In this document: positions 1 to 8,939 of the stretch, piece after piece | Layout of the letters: each line of letters starts with the position of its first letter | Position numbering within the stretch: the stretch's first letter is position 1 | NCBI GenBank assembly: GCA_964456985.1 | Contig: CAYWDH010000001.1 | Location: 17,975-81,974 of the forward strand | DNA length: 64,000 nucleotides | Source: an uncultured Eubacteriales bacterium | Lineage (GTDB): Bacteria; Acidobacteriota; Aminicenantia; Aminicenantales; Aminicenantaceae | Direction of reading: 5' to 3' | Program-made: the position numbers and the translations under genes | The notes under the pieces: generated by a model | Told to the model about the DNA's origin: nothing | Databases searched by the model: none | Seen by the model: the letters and a program-made list of their open reading frames with translations, nothing else

Positions 1-45
1 GCCCTGCAACAAAGCAGATGCTGTGAGATCGGCTCGCCCGAAGGG

Positions 46-172
46 TAAAAGCTGCCGATAATAGGATAATAGTATAAGTATCAAGAAGCGAAATAACCTT
101 GTAGAGTTTCTTAAAGAACTGTAAAAATGTGTAGAACAAGCATGCCAACTATTATATTATCGGCAGCTTTTA
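46..172. repeat. Perfect 18-bp inverted repeat (TAAAAGCTGCCGATAATA ... TATTATCGGCAGCTTTTA) with a 91-nt spacer, downstream of the amine-dehydrogenase gene
   Basis: Arms at 46-63 and 155-172 are exact reverse complements, read directly from the sequence. The element lies 13 nt beyond the stop of the minus-strand gene that ends at 185. Confidence 0.8.
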
Positions 173-184
173 TGAATGACCAGG

Positions 185-1189
185 CTAGGAGATGGCTGCG
201 CAAGGAGGAAGATCTTTCATGACTTTCAATCCGGAAGAAGCCTGAAAGACTTTTGGAATGGAGTTGACAGTCACAGCAACCGTTCCGATATCGCCGTGGA
301 CGCCTCCTATAATTTTCTGATGAATATCAGGAACTCCGGTTATAAATATCTCATCATACTCTTCCTCTACAGCAGCGTGAGCGTTAAAAACCAATGTGAT
401 GACTTCCTTCCCCTTGACGCTTCCAAATGCTGTACTGGACAATCCAACAACTTTTCCGGATTTGATCGTTCCTAATCCTGTGTCCACATCACTTTCACCC
501 AACACGGGTGTGGGAGGAGCTTCCACAGCTTCATCTAGATTCCAGCCTAATCCCTCGGCTATCATATAGATGGATTCCAGCAAGCCCACATGACCGGTTA
601 TTTCTTTCTTCTCTATTTTTTCATGGAATTCCTTCCGGGTTAAACCGGTCCCTACTTTTTTCTGAAAAGGAATCCTTCGTTTTGAAGAATCCATCATTCG
701 AACAACCTTGACCCGGCTGACCTCTAAACACGGCGCTGTTAAAACAAGAGGAAGCGTATCCATGAGAAATCCAGGATTGATCCCGGTTCCAGTAGCCGTT
801 ACCCCTTTTTCCTTTGCAAGCCTGTCAATTTGAGCTGCTTCCTCAGGTTCGCTGCGCCAGGGAAACGAAAGCTCCTCACAGGTAGAGATCACATTTAAAC
901 CTGCCTCCATACAGAGGATTATCTGAGAAGCCACATCTTTGAGGTATGAGGTAGTGGCAACTACAGCAGCCTGAGCCTTTTTATCTGACAAGACTTTTTC
1001 CGCATCTTTTTCTATTATTATGCCTATCTTTTTTTTATCAGGGAAAAGCTCGCCTAAATCCTTCCCCACTAGAGCGGGGGCAGTATCAACAGCCCCTCTT
1101 ATCTCAAGACTTTTTTTGTGGTGTATAGTATGGGCTATTTTCCTTCCCATAACCCCGCAGCCATAGATTATGACGCCTAACTTACTCAT
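185..1189 (-). CDS. NAD(P)-dependent amine dehydrogenase of the DapB-like / 2,4-diaminopentanoate dehydrogenase (Ord) family
   Basis: N-terminal Rossmann motif VIIYGCGVMGRKIAH. The ~330-aa length and the DapB-like N-domain followed by a C-terminal dimerisation-like region fit the Ord / native amine-dehydrogenase family. Confidence 0.55.
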   Translation of the reverse strand: MSKLGVIIYGCGVMGRKIAHTIHHKKSLEIRGAVDTAPALVGKDLGELFPDKKKIGIIIEKDAEKVLSDKKAQAAVVATTSYLKDVASQIILCMEAGLNVISTCEELSFPWRSEPEEAAQIDRLAKEKGVTATGTGINPGFLMDTLPLVLTAPCLEVSRVKVVRMMDSSKRRIPFQKKVGTGLTRKEFHEKIEKKEITGHVGLLESIYMIAEGLGWNLDEAVEAPPTPVLGESDVDTGLGTIKSGKVVGLSSTAFGSVKGKEVITLVFNAHAAVEEEYDEIFITGVPDIHQKIIGGVHGDIGTVAVTVNSIPKVFQASSGLKVMKDLPPCAAIS

Positions 1190-1217
1190 TTCTATGATCC
1201 TTCCATTATTCTGTTAT

Positions 1218-2621
1218 TTATAACAAATCTTGAACATGATAGTCTTTCCATTTCCGGGCAATTCTTTCCACAGCATCCAAAGATGTCTGTATTTCCTCTT
1301 CCTTATGAGATACGGAAAGAGCTCCGTAGCCATGAAAAGTGTGGAACCCCTCTACTATCATAGCTAACTTAAAGGCCATCTCTCTCAATTCAATATCAAT
1401 CACTTCTGGATTCCAAACCTGCTCAGGGGAAGTCACCTTTTCAATGTTTTTGCGCAGGAATTGAACCCCGATACAAGAACTGTTTTCCGCAATATCTTCT
1501 CCCGTCCCCGTGCATTTCACATTGAATCCATAAGTGGAAAAGATATCCTCAACGCTCTTCCTGACTTTGGCCCCGAGTCTGCCAATTTGAGGGTATATCT
1601 CAGACTCATGAGCAATAAGATACTCGAGATACGTAGCACCGGCCAGCATTGAGGCGGGATGACCGGAAAAAGTCCCTCCTTCGAATTTGACCCGATTTTC
1701 TTTTCCGGCATCCGGGCTGCATAGAGACAAAATTGCCTTATCTCCTGCTACAGCACTGACCGGCATTCCTCCTCCTATAGCTTTCCCGAATACCGTTAAT
1801 TCAGGCTTTATTCCATATAAGCTCTGGACTGGACCCGCATGGAACCTGAAGCCTGATATGACTTCATCAAAGATCAAAACAGCACCATATTTTTTGGTCA
1901 AATCTCTGGCTCTCTGAAGATAACTTTTGGAAGAAAATATAAAACCTCCTGCCCCTATAAAAGGTTCTATGATAAAACATGCGATCCGTTCTCCATATTT
2001 TTTAAACATATCTTCAAGGTCAGGTATATCATTAAAACGGGTCACTAATATCATGGAATCAGCTGAAGGCGGAAGACCCGCGGATTCTATGTGATTCAGC
2101 CCACCCTGGTAAGAAGTAATCCCCTTTAATGCATACGGATGCGCTCCATGCCAGCCCCCGCCAACTTTCAGTACTTTTTCTCTCTTTGTGTATGCTTTGG
2201 CCATCATCACAGCATACATGGAAGCTAATGTGCCGCTGGTCGTAAACCTGATTTTATCCGCTTTCGTTCTGTTCAGAATAAGCTCGGCCAGTTTTCTCTG
2301 AGCTTGTTCGGGGAAACCAGTCTCTAGCCCCTGACCTTTACTGAAATAATCCCTTAATCTATCAACAACAATATCCGGATTATGTCCAAGAATATTTGCG
2401 AAATGGCCCTGCCAGAAATCAACATAAACATTTCCGTCTTCATCCCAGATTTTCGATCCTTTGCATTTAACCGGATAAATAGGGAACGGAGGAAAAAGCC
2501 TTAGATTATGACTTCCCCCTTTGATCTGATAATGGGAAGCCGATGTATAAATCATCCCCGATTTCTTGTTTTTCGAGGAGTATTCCTCTGTTAGTTTTTC
2601 TATAAATTCACTGCGCTTCAT
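1218..2621 (-). CDS. Class-III PLP-dependent aminotransferase/aminomutase, glutamate-1-semialdehyde 2,1-aminomutase (HemL)-like paralogue
   Basis: HemL-like blocks YVDFWQGHFANILGHNPD and FDEVISGFRFHAGPVQSLYGIKPELTVFGKAIGGGMPVSAVAG, the latter carrying the PLP-lysine in GKAIGGG. No heme-biosynthesis genes are nearby. Confidence 0.7.
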   Translation of the reverse strand: MKRSEFIEKLTEEYSSKNKKSGMIYTSASHYQIKGGSHNLRLFPPFPIYPVKCKGSKIWDEDGNVYVDFWQGHFANILGHNPDIVVDRLRDYFSKGQGLETGFPEQAQRKLAELILNRTKADKIRFTTSGTLASMYAVMMAKAYTKREKVLKVGGGWHGAHPYALKGITSYQGGLNHIESAGLPPSADSMILVTRFNDIPDLEDMFKKYGERIACFIIEPFIGAGGFIFSSKSYLQRARDLTKKYGAVLIFDEVISGFRFHAGPVQSLYGIKPELTVFGKAIGGGMPVSAVAGDKAILSLCSPDAGKENRVKFEGGTFSGHPASMLAGATYLEYLIAHESEIYPQIGRLGAKVRKSVEDIFSTYGFNVKCTGTGEDIAENSSCIGVQFLRKNIEKVTSPEQVWNPEVIDIELREMAFKLAMIVEGFHTFHGYGALSVSHKEEEIQTSLDAVERIARKWKDYHVQDLL

Positions 2622-2692
2622 TGTTTTTTCCTCACTCAGTCTATAACATTATGCTAAACACTTAAAGTCCTTCTTATTCCTCTCTTTTCTCA

Positions 2693-4276
2693 TTACCAGA
2701 ACAAGATGTACAAAACAATCGTGACCGCAATGACACACAATCCGAGCCACAACACCGAAGGGGTTGGTCTCATATCGAATTCTTTTCGAACCGGCATGAT
2801 TTTGAGCTTTTTTAGAGGCTTAACCAGAGTTATTATAGCCATAACAGCTATGATGAATACAAAAGTGATGGCCATCCGGTTGAGAAAAGCAATAGACCCG
2901 ATGGTCAAACCCCAATTATTGAACAACGGCACATTACCAAAGAATATCAAGAGAATGGCATAGACTATTGGATTTAAGATCAGGGCCCAAAGGCCGGCTG
3001 ATTCAGGAGCCTTTTTAAAAATCAATCCAAATGCGAATGCAGCCAGAACACCCGGAGAAATAAAACCCTGGAATTCCTGGATATAAGTAAAAATTCCCTG
3101 AAGACTGGGATGGCTAAGAGCTGGAGCAATCAGACAGCCTATGACCACAAAGAGCATGGTCATGATCCGCCCTACGCCGATAACTGTTTTTTCAGAAGCA
3201 TCTTTTTTCCAATGCCGTTTAAAAAGATCCATTGTGAAAATCGTGGAAGCTGAATTCAGCATGGAGGCAAGAGAGCTGATCACTGCTCCGGCAATAGCAG
3301 CAAAAATAAAACCCCGTACTCCCAAAGGGATCAGATTTTTTATAAGCAGGGGGTAAGCGGCATCTGTGGTGGCACCAGGTGCAGTGAGTTGGTCAGTATA
3401 TAGCTGAAAAGCCATAATTCCGGGAAATATGATAATAAAAGGGATGATCAATTTAAGACCAGCTGCAAATACCACCCCAAGCTGGCCCTGCTTCAGGTTT
3501 TTAGCAGCAAGAGTTCTCTGGCATATGTATTGATTAAGACCCCAGTAATAAAAATTAGGGATCCATAAACCTATAACCAGAGCAGTCCAGGGAAGCACTG
3601 GATGGTCTTTTGGAAGAATCATATGAAGCTTGTCAGCATTCACTTCTAAAAAATTCTCGAGACCTCCTACAGCATGAAGGGCGAGAAAAAGAGTGATAGC
3701 ACCTCCCACTATAAGGGCAGTCCCTTGAAAAAGGTCAGCCCAGGCTACAGCTTTAAGCCCTCCCCATGTTGTATATAGCGCGGCAATCCCTCCAATCAGC
3801 CACACAGCATGAGTCATTTTAAGTCCGAAGATAGTATGAAGAGTCAAGCCGCCTGAATAGATAACTGCAGAAATGGTGACAAAAACATAAATCAGCATGG
3901 TATAAAAGGCCATAAGCCCTCTTGCCGCTGAATTATAACGATATTCCAGATATTCAGGTATGGTGAAAATACCGCTTCTCAGAAATTTCGGAAGGAAGAA
4001 CAATCCCACAAGAACAATGCAAATGGCCGCCATCCATTCATAACTGGCAACCGCCATCCCTGCGATGCCCGCACCCTGGCCGGACATCCCCACAAAATGT
4101 TCTGTGGATATATTAGCCGCTATCAGCGAAAGGCCTATGAAAGGCCATAGAAGCCCGCGGCTTGCCAAGAAGAAATCCTCTCCGGTCTTTCTTTTTCGGC
4201 TCTTATAAAGACTGACTCCGACAACCACGGCAAAAAAGAGAAGGAAGAGGCCAATATCCAAAAAAGTAAGCTCCAT
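2693..4276 (-). CDS. Sodium:solute symporter family (SSF) transporter
   Basis: 527-aa polytopic protein. N-terminal pattern FFLASRGL...ISTEHFVGMSGQGAG is typical of the SSF/SGLT family. Confidence 0.8.
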   Translation of the reverse strand: MELTFLDIGLFLLFFAVVVGVSLYKSRKRKTGEDFFLASRGLLWPFIGLSLIAANISTEHFVGMSGQGAGIAGMAVASYEWMAAICIVLVGLFFLPKFLRSGIFTIPEYLEYRYNSAARGLMAFYTMLIYVFVTISAVIYSGGLTLHTIFGLKMTHAVWLIGGIAALYTTWGGLKAVAWADLFQGTALIVGGAITLFLALHAVGGLENFLEVNADKLHMILPKDHPVLPWTALVIGLWIPNFYYWGLNQYICQRTLAAKNLKQGQLGVVFAAGLKLIIPFIIIFPGIMAFQLYTDQLTAPGATTDAAYPLLIKNLIPLGVRGFIFAAIAGAVISSLASMLNSASTIFTMDLFKRHWKKDASEKTVIGVGRIMTMLFVVIGCLIAPALSHPSLQGIFTYIQEFQGFISPGVLAAFAFGLIFKKAPESAGLWALILNPIVYAILLIFFGNVPLFNNWGLTIGSIAFLNRMAITFVFIIAVMAIITLVKPLKKLKIMPVRKEFDMRPTPSVLWLGLCVIAVTIVLYILFW

Positions 4277-4493
4277 GTTATCTCACCTTATCAGTAATTG
4301 TGTTTTCTCGGCTAACCATGTGTCATTTTCTATTGATGATTGGCACTAAAGATTAATTGTTTAATTTAATCCCTTCCATCTTAAAATGCAAATTTTTTAT
4401 TTCTTGATTAATCATTATTGAGAATGTATAGTGAGTTTTCAATACTATTTAAAATTAAAAAAAATAAATAACAGTCGTCATAACACAATAAAT

Positions 4494-5258
4494 ATGAAAA
4501 CGGTCGTCATCCTTTCCATGCCCCGGAGCGGTTCTTCTCTTCTTTCAGGAGTCCTTTACCGCCTGGGAGTCTGGATGGGAAAAGAAGAAAACATGAAAAT
4601 AGGCAGACATCTGAACAAATTCGGATGCTATGAAAATCAAGATTTTATCGGATTTAATGAATACATGCTCTTTAAGTCCAGAAGACTTTTGGACCAGGCA
4701 CGAAGGCTTAACCACAGCGATGGTCTCGTAGAAAAGGCGGTCAAAGACCATGAAGACCGGATCATAGAAATCATCCGAAAAAACGAAAGGGAACTCTGGG
4801 GATTTAAAAATCCCACTATGATATATACCCTCCCCTATTTTCATCATCATCTCAAAAATACCTATTACATCAGTTTAAAACGCGACTCTAAAAGTATTGC
4901 GGATTCTCTAAAAAGAGCCGCGAAGTTCAAAAACTGGCTTCCTGAAATAAGACATGAATTCCTCTACTTTTCTCTAATCGAAAAACTTCAGATTATAATG
5001 CGTTTCATTAAGGTCTTTTTAACATCTGGCTTTATCTTTACCCATGAATACCTTTACGAAGAAATCGCAAACGATGGTTACAAAAGAATAGACGATTTCA
5101 TGAAAGACAAAAAATGCCTTGACCTTAAACTCATCGACCTTCTGGAAGACTCTGAGAATACCATCCGAAAAATCACTGATTTCCTTGACATAGCCCCATC
5201 CAAGGAACAAATAAGGGATGCGTTGAGTTTCATAAGGCCTGATTTAATAATATCCTGA
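4494..5258 (+). CDS. Sulfotransferase, Stf0-like (PAPS-dependent)
   Basis: The N-terminal PAPS-binding 5'-PSB motif VVILSMPRSGSSLL follows the ATG at 4494 directly. The ORF-track start at 4431 adds a low-complexity extension and is probably spurious. Confidence 0.6.
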   Translation: MKTVVILSMPRSGSSLLSGVLYRLGVWMGKEENMKIGRHLNKFGCYENQDFIGFNEYMLFKSRRLLDQARRLNHSDGLVEKAVKDHEDRIIEIIRKNERELWGFKNPTMIYTLPYFHHHLKNTYYISLKRDSKSIADSLKRAAKFKNWLPEIRHEFLYFSLIEKLQIIMRFIKVFLTSGFIFTHEYLYEEIANDGYKRIDDFMKDKKCLDLKLIDLLEDSENTIRKITDFLDIAPSKEQIRDALSFIRPDLIIS

Positions 5259-5276
5259 TAAAAGGTAATTGCGAGA

Positions 5277-5525
5277 ATGCTGAATGAAATCTTCTATGAA
5301 ATGTTCAAGCAGATGCCAAGGCAGGGTCCCGGCAAGGCAGAATACACAAAAGACGCCTGGGATGAATTCTACGCGGCTTTAGAAGTAATCACCATCAGAA
5401 TGCAAGAGAAATACAAAAACAATAAGGAAGCGGGAAAAATCATTGACTATGCTGTCAGAGAGATTGAAACCTATGAGAAGTTCGGTGAATTTTACGGTTA
5501 TGTTTTTTTTATTATGAAAAATTAA
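5277..5525 (+). CDS. Hypothetical small protein (82 aa)
   Basis: Open frame directly after the sulfotransferase, with a weak ribosome-binding site. No recognisable motif. Confidence 0.25.
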   Translation: MLNEIFYEMFKQMPRQGPGKAEYTKDAWDEFYAALEVITIRMQEKYKNNKEAGKIIDYAVREIETYEKFGEFYGYVFFIMKN

Positions 5526-5544
5526 TACCGGAAACAAACGAAAT

Positions 5545-5760
5545 TCAATCCTCCTGATTCGGCTCATATGAGAGAACATCCCCGGGCTGACAACCTAGAG
5601 TTTTGCAAATGGCATCCAAGGTGGAAAACCGGACAGCCCGAGCATGCCCCTGCTTGAGAATGGATAGATTTTGAACTGTTATTCCGACTTTTTTTGAAAG
5701 TTCTGTTAAGGTCATTTTCCTTTTTACCAGCATAAGGTCCAGGTTGATTTGAATAGACAT
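5545..5760 (-). CDS. XRE-family helix-turn-helix transcriptional regulator (YozG-like)
   Basis: 71-aa protein with HTH signature MTLTELSKKVGITVQNLSILKQGHARAVRFSTLDAICKTLGC. It lies directly downstream of a DUF2975 membrane protein, which is a known pairing. Confidence 0.75.
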   Translation of the reverse strand: MSIQINLDLMLVKRKMTLTELSKKVGITVQNLSILKQGHARAVRFSTLDAICKTLGCQPGDVLSYEPNQED

Positions 5761-5772
5761 TGTGCACCGCTT

Positions 5773-6279
5773 TTATATAGTAAGGTTTTTTTCTTTCTGG
5801 AGCTCTAATCCTGACTCAAACACCTTGCCAATGACCAGAATCCCCAATCCTATTATTAACAGTTTGAAAAAACCATCCAAGACTAAGTCTATAAAACCAG
5901 CAGAACTGAAAGTGCTCTCAAATCCTTGAATCAGGATTTTTCCTATAATATTAATGGGTATAAGAACAAAGACAGCATAGGCTATGTTTTTTATATACTG
6001 GACATTGGCCACTTCAAATGGAGATTTTGCTTTTATCGAACGAAGTATCTTCCGGAGATAAAAAATGATCAGCACAAAAATGATTGAGTTTAAAAATCCG
6101 GACAGAGATATCCCTGTTTGAACCATAAAGTTTTTATCTCCCCCTGACCTGGCGATCATCACAAAACACATTATAAGGTACACAACCAGTCCCACAACAG
6201 CAAAGACCCAGATGATATCGACTAAGAGAGAAAAAACCCTGAGATATGAAGATTGAGCTTCTTTTTTGTCTTTTCTCAT
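5773..6279 (-). CDS. DUF2975-like integral membrane protein
   Basis: 168 aa with 4-5 predicted TM helices, co-operonic with the XRE small regulator as in the yozG/DUF2975 arrangement. Confidence 0.55.
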   Translation of the reverse strand: MRKDKKEAQSSYLRVFSLLVDIIWVFAVVGLVVYLIMCFVMIARSGGDKNFMVQTGISLSGFLNSIIFVLIIFYLRKILRSIKAKSPFEVANVQYIKNIAYAVFVLIPINIIGKILIQGFESTFSSAGFIDLVLDGFFKLLIIGLGILVIGKVFESGLELQKEKNLTI

Positions 6280-6447
6280 TCATCACTCCTTTACTTTTTT
6301 TTTAATATAAGTGATGATTTATCGTTTGTCAAGTATTTTTTATTGAATATCGTTAATTTGTTAATGATTTTCAATATGTTTCGATAAAGAACAATCCTTC
6401 ACTTTTTTGGGATCAAACGGTAGCGAAAGTCCCTTTTTGGTTTCCGC

Positions 6448-8850
6448 CTATTTATTCTTAACGTATTTGTCGAACCACTCAAACATCTCAGCCAGAACAT
6501 GAAAGACAGATTCTTCGGCCCTATAGCCGTGGCTTTCATGAGGCAGCATCACAAGCCGGACCGTGGCTCCATGGCCCTTCAGCGCATGGAACAGGCGCCT
6601 CGATTGAATAGGAAATGTTCCGGAATTGTTGTCTTTTTCACCATGGATGAGAAGAATGGGCTCATTGATTTTATCCGCATGCATAAATGGGGATATCTTG
6701 AAGTATATCTCGGGCGCCTCCCATAGGGTCCGCCGTTCGCTCTGAAATCCAAAAGGTGTCAGAGTCCGGTTATAGGCTCCGCTCCGGGCAATCCCTGCGG
6801 CAAAAAGGTCACAATGGGCCAGAAAATTCGCGGTCATAAAAGCTCCGTAGCTGTGCCCTCCTACTCCTACGCGCTCTGGATCAATAATACCCTCGGCATC
6901 CAGATAATCAATGGCTGCCTTAGCGCCGCTCACGATCTGCTCAATGAACGTGTCATTCATTGTTTCCGGATCTCCCACAATGGGAAGCTGAGCTCCATCA
7001 AGAACAGCATAACCCTGTGTCACAAAGAAAAGCTGGGAGGTTCCACGGAAAAAAGTAAACCGGTTAGGAGAACTTCTCACCTGTCCCGCCACACTCGGAT
7101 CGCTGTATTCCAGTGGATACGCCCAAAAAACAAGGGGAAGGCGCTGGCCTTCTTTATAATCAGGAGGCAGGTAAAGAGTCCCGCTGAGGTCCACCCCGTC
7201 ATCTCTCTTGTATTTGACGAGCTTTTTGATCATTCCTGTCATTTGAGGGGCCGGGTCCTTGTAATCAGTTAAAGCCTGCCGCTTGCCGCTTTTAAGATCA
7301 AGAACAAAATAATTGGGAGGTTCGGTTTTGGACTGAAAGTTAATGATGATTCTATTTCGGGATTTCCCTATAAAATCAACAAATGATTCATAGCAATCCT
7401 CCCCTGATTGAAATATCCGCTCCGTTTTCATTGTTTTGAGGTTCATCTTATCAAGAAAGGGACGTTCTCCCTGGGGATTAGCTCCCTGCCCACTCAGATA
7501 AATCCAGTCTTTGTCCTGGAGAACCACCCATTCTCCGTTGGAAGTGATGGTATACACTGGACGGCCCGGGTCATTATAGCGATCATTTATGCTGAGGTCG
7601 ATAATCTTCTCAGGCTCCTTGGAAGGATCATCCACATTGATCAAATAAGTGGTCCGCCATCGGCGTTTCCAGTCATATTCAGTGAGAAAAGCCATATCCG
7701 GATTCTCAAGCCAGGTGATGCCTGAATAACGGTGTTTGACTTTTATAATTTCCCTAGGCTTCTCTTTAAAGGGATAGGACTGGGTCATTATGATATCTCG
7801 GTAAGGGACCTCTTTATCCGGATCTCCTTCATCCAGAGCTTCCACCCAGATAATGCTGGCAGGCCGAAGGGCGCGCCATTCAGCAGACCGGATCCCTTTA
7901 GGCACACCGCGCATTGGAACGTCATCCGCCAGAGGGACATCGGCCAGCATATGAACCAGATTTCCATCCATATCCCAAATTTCTAAATTATGAGTAAAAT
8001 AATAATAGGGAACACTATAGGAATAAGGCTTCTTGATCCTGTGAACCAGAAGCAGAGTGCCGTCAGGAGAAGAATCCGCATAAACATAAACAGCCGGTCG
8101 TCCAAGATTTTCAGCCTTTCCAGTAGTCACATCGATCTTCATTATTTGAGAGGTGGCATAATAGGTAAACAGCTCCTCGTCATAAGGTGTCTCAAGAAGG
8201 TCCTGATAGGTCCATACTTTGGCGAACTTTCCGGAGACTTCCTGAATATGGGGCCCTACAGGCACTGTGGGTTCCTCTGGAGGCTCTCCTCTGTCTTCAG
8301 GAATCATGTAAGCTAGAACGTGCTTGTTGTCCGGGAGCCAGTTAAAACCTGAACCAAGAACAGCATTTATGCTCGGGCCTGTGAGTTTTTTCACCGTACC
8401 TGTATTTGTCTCCACAGCCCAAAGCTCTACTCCATTGTCCAGATAGTGTGTAAAGGCAAGCCAGGTGCCGTCATTTGACCAGCGGGGAAACCCGAATCGG
8501 GCATCTTCAGGAAGCTTTATAGGAATGACTTCGCCATTCTCAATGGTCCTTATGTTCAAGGATGTCATAAAATATGTCTGCTGTCTCGAGTTATTTAAAG
8601 GAGTGATCCGTGTTCCCGCTAATCGAAGCAATGGTTGTGCCATGTAGGCAATGGACGGCATGGTCTCATATGTATAAAAAAGCACTCTTTTTCCATCCGG
8701 GCTTAGAGAGGCCTGGGGCGGCGGAGGCGCTTTCAGAATATCGATCACCTCTTGAGGCGGTTTCTTATAAGGCTCCTGCCCCAGCAAAACCAGGCTGTTC
8801 ATAACAATAAAAAGAAATAAAATCACACATATTTTCTTTCTTTTATTCAT
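6448..8850 (-). CDS. Secreted S9-family serine peptidase (prolyl oligopeptidase / dipeptidyl-peptidase type: beta-propeller plus alpha/beta-hydrolase)
   Basis: Signal peptide MNKRKKICVILFLFIVMNS. The C-terminal hydrolase domain has the nucleophile motif GGHSYGAF and downstream Asp/His residues (HGEKDNN, PHESHG). Length is 800 aa. Confidence 0.85.
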   Translation of the reverse strand: MNKRKKICVILFLFIVMNSLVLLGQEPYKKPPQEVIDILKAPPPPQASLSPDGKRVLFYTYETMPSIAYMAQPLLRLAGTRITPLNNSRQQTYFMTSLNIRTIENGEVIPIKLPEDARFGFPRWSNDGTWLAFTHYLDNGVELWAVETNTGTVKKLTGPSINAVLGSGFNWLPDNKHVLAYMIPEDRGEPPEEPTVPVGPHIQEVSGKFAKVWTYQDLLETPYDEELFTYYATSQIMKIDVTTGKAENLGRPAVYVYADSSPDGTLLLVHRIKKPYSYSVPYYYFTHNLEIWDMDGNLVHMLADVPLADDVPMRGVPKGIRSAEWRALRPASIIWVEALDEGDPDKEVPYRDIIMTQSYPFKEKPREIIKVKHRYSGITWLENPDMAFLTEYDWKRRWRTTYLINVDDPSKEPEKIIDLSINDRYNDPGRPVYTITSNGEWVVLQDKDWIYLSGQGANPQGERPFLDKMNLKTMKTERIFQSGEDCYESFVDFIGKSRNRIIINFQSKTEPPNYFVLDLKSGKRQALTDYKDPAPQMTGMIKKLVKYKRDDGVDLSGTLYLPPDYKEGQRLPLVFWAYPLEYSDPSVAGQVRSSPNRFTFFRGTSQLFFVTQGYAVLDGAQLPIVGDPETMNDTFIEQIVSGAKAAIDYLDAEGIIDPERVGVGGHSYGAFMTANFLAHCDLFAAGIARSGAYNRTLTPFGFQSERRTLWEAPEIYFKISPFMHADKINEPILLIHGEKDNNSGTFPIQSRRLFHALKGHGATVRLVMLPHESHGYRAEESVFHVLAEMFEWFDKYVKNK

Positions 8851-8939
8851 TGTTTTCCCTCCGGCATTGGTATCATTTTAAAAATCAAATATGACTTATT
8901 ATATATTATTATAAGTATTTGTCTTCTCTTATCTATCGA

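Noticed and set aside
1-48. Possible 3' end of a plus-strand gene (…ALQQSRCCEIGSPEG*) at the window edge
   Set aside because: Only 15 codons are visible, so this cannot be supported.
4431-4493. ORF-track start of the sulfotransferase at 4431
   Set aside because: The added 21 aa come from an A/T-rich low-complexity stretch. The PAPS-binding PRSGSS motif sits directly after the internal ATG at 4494, where sulfotransferases normally begin.
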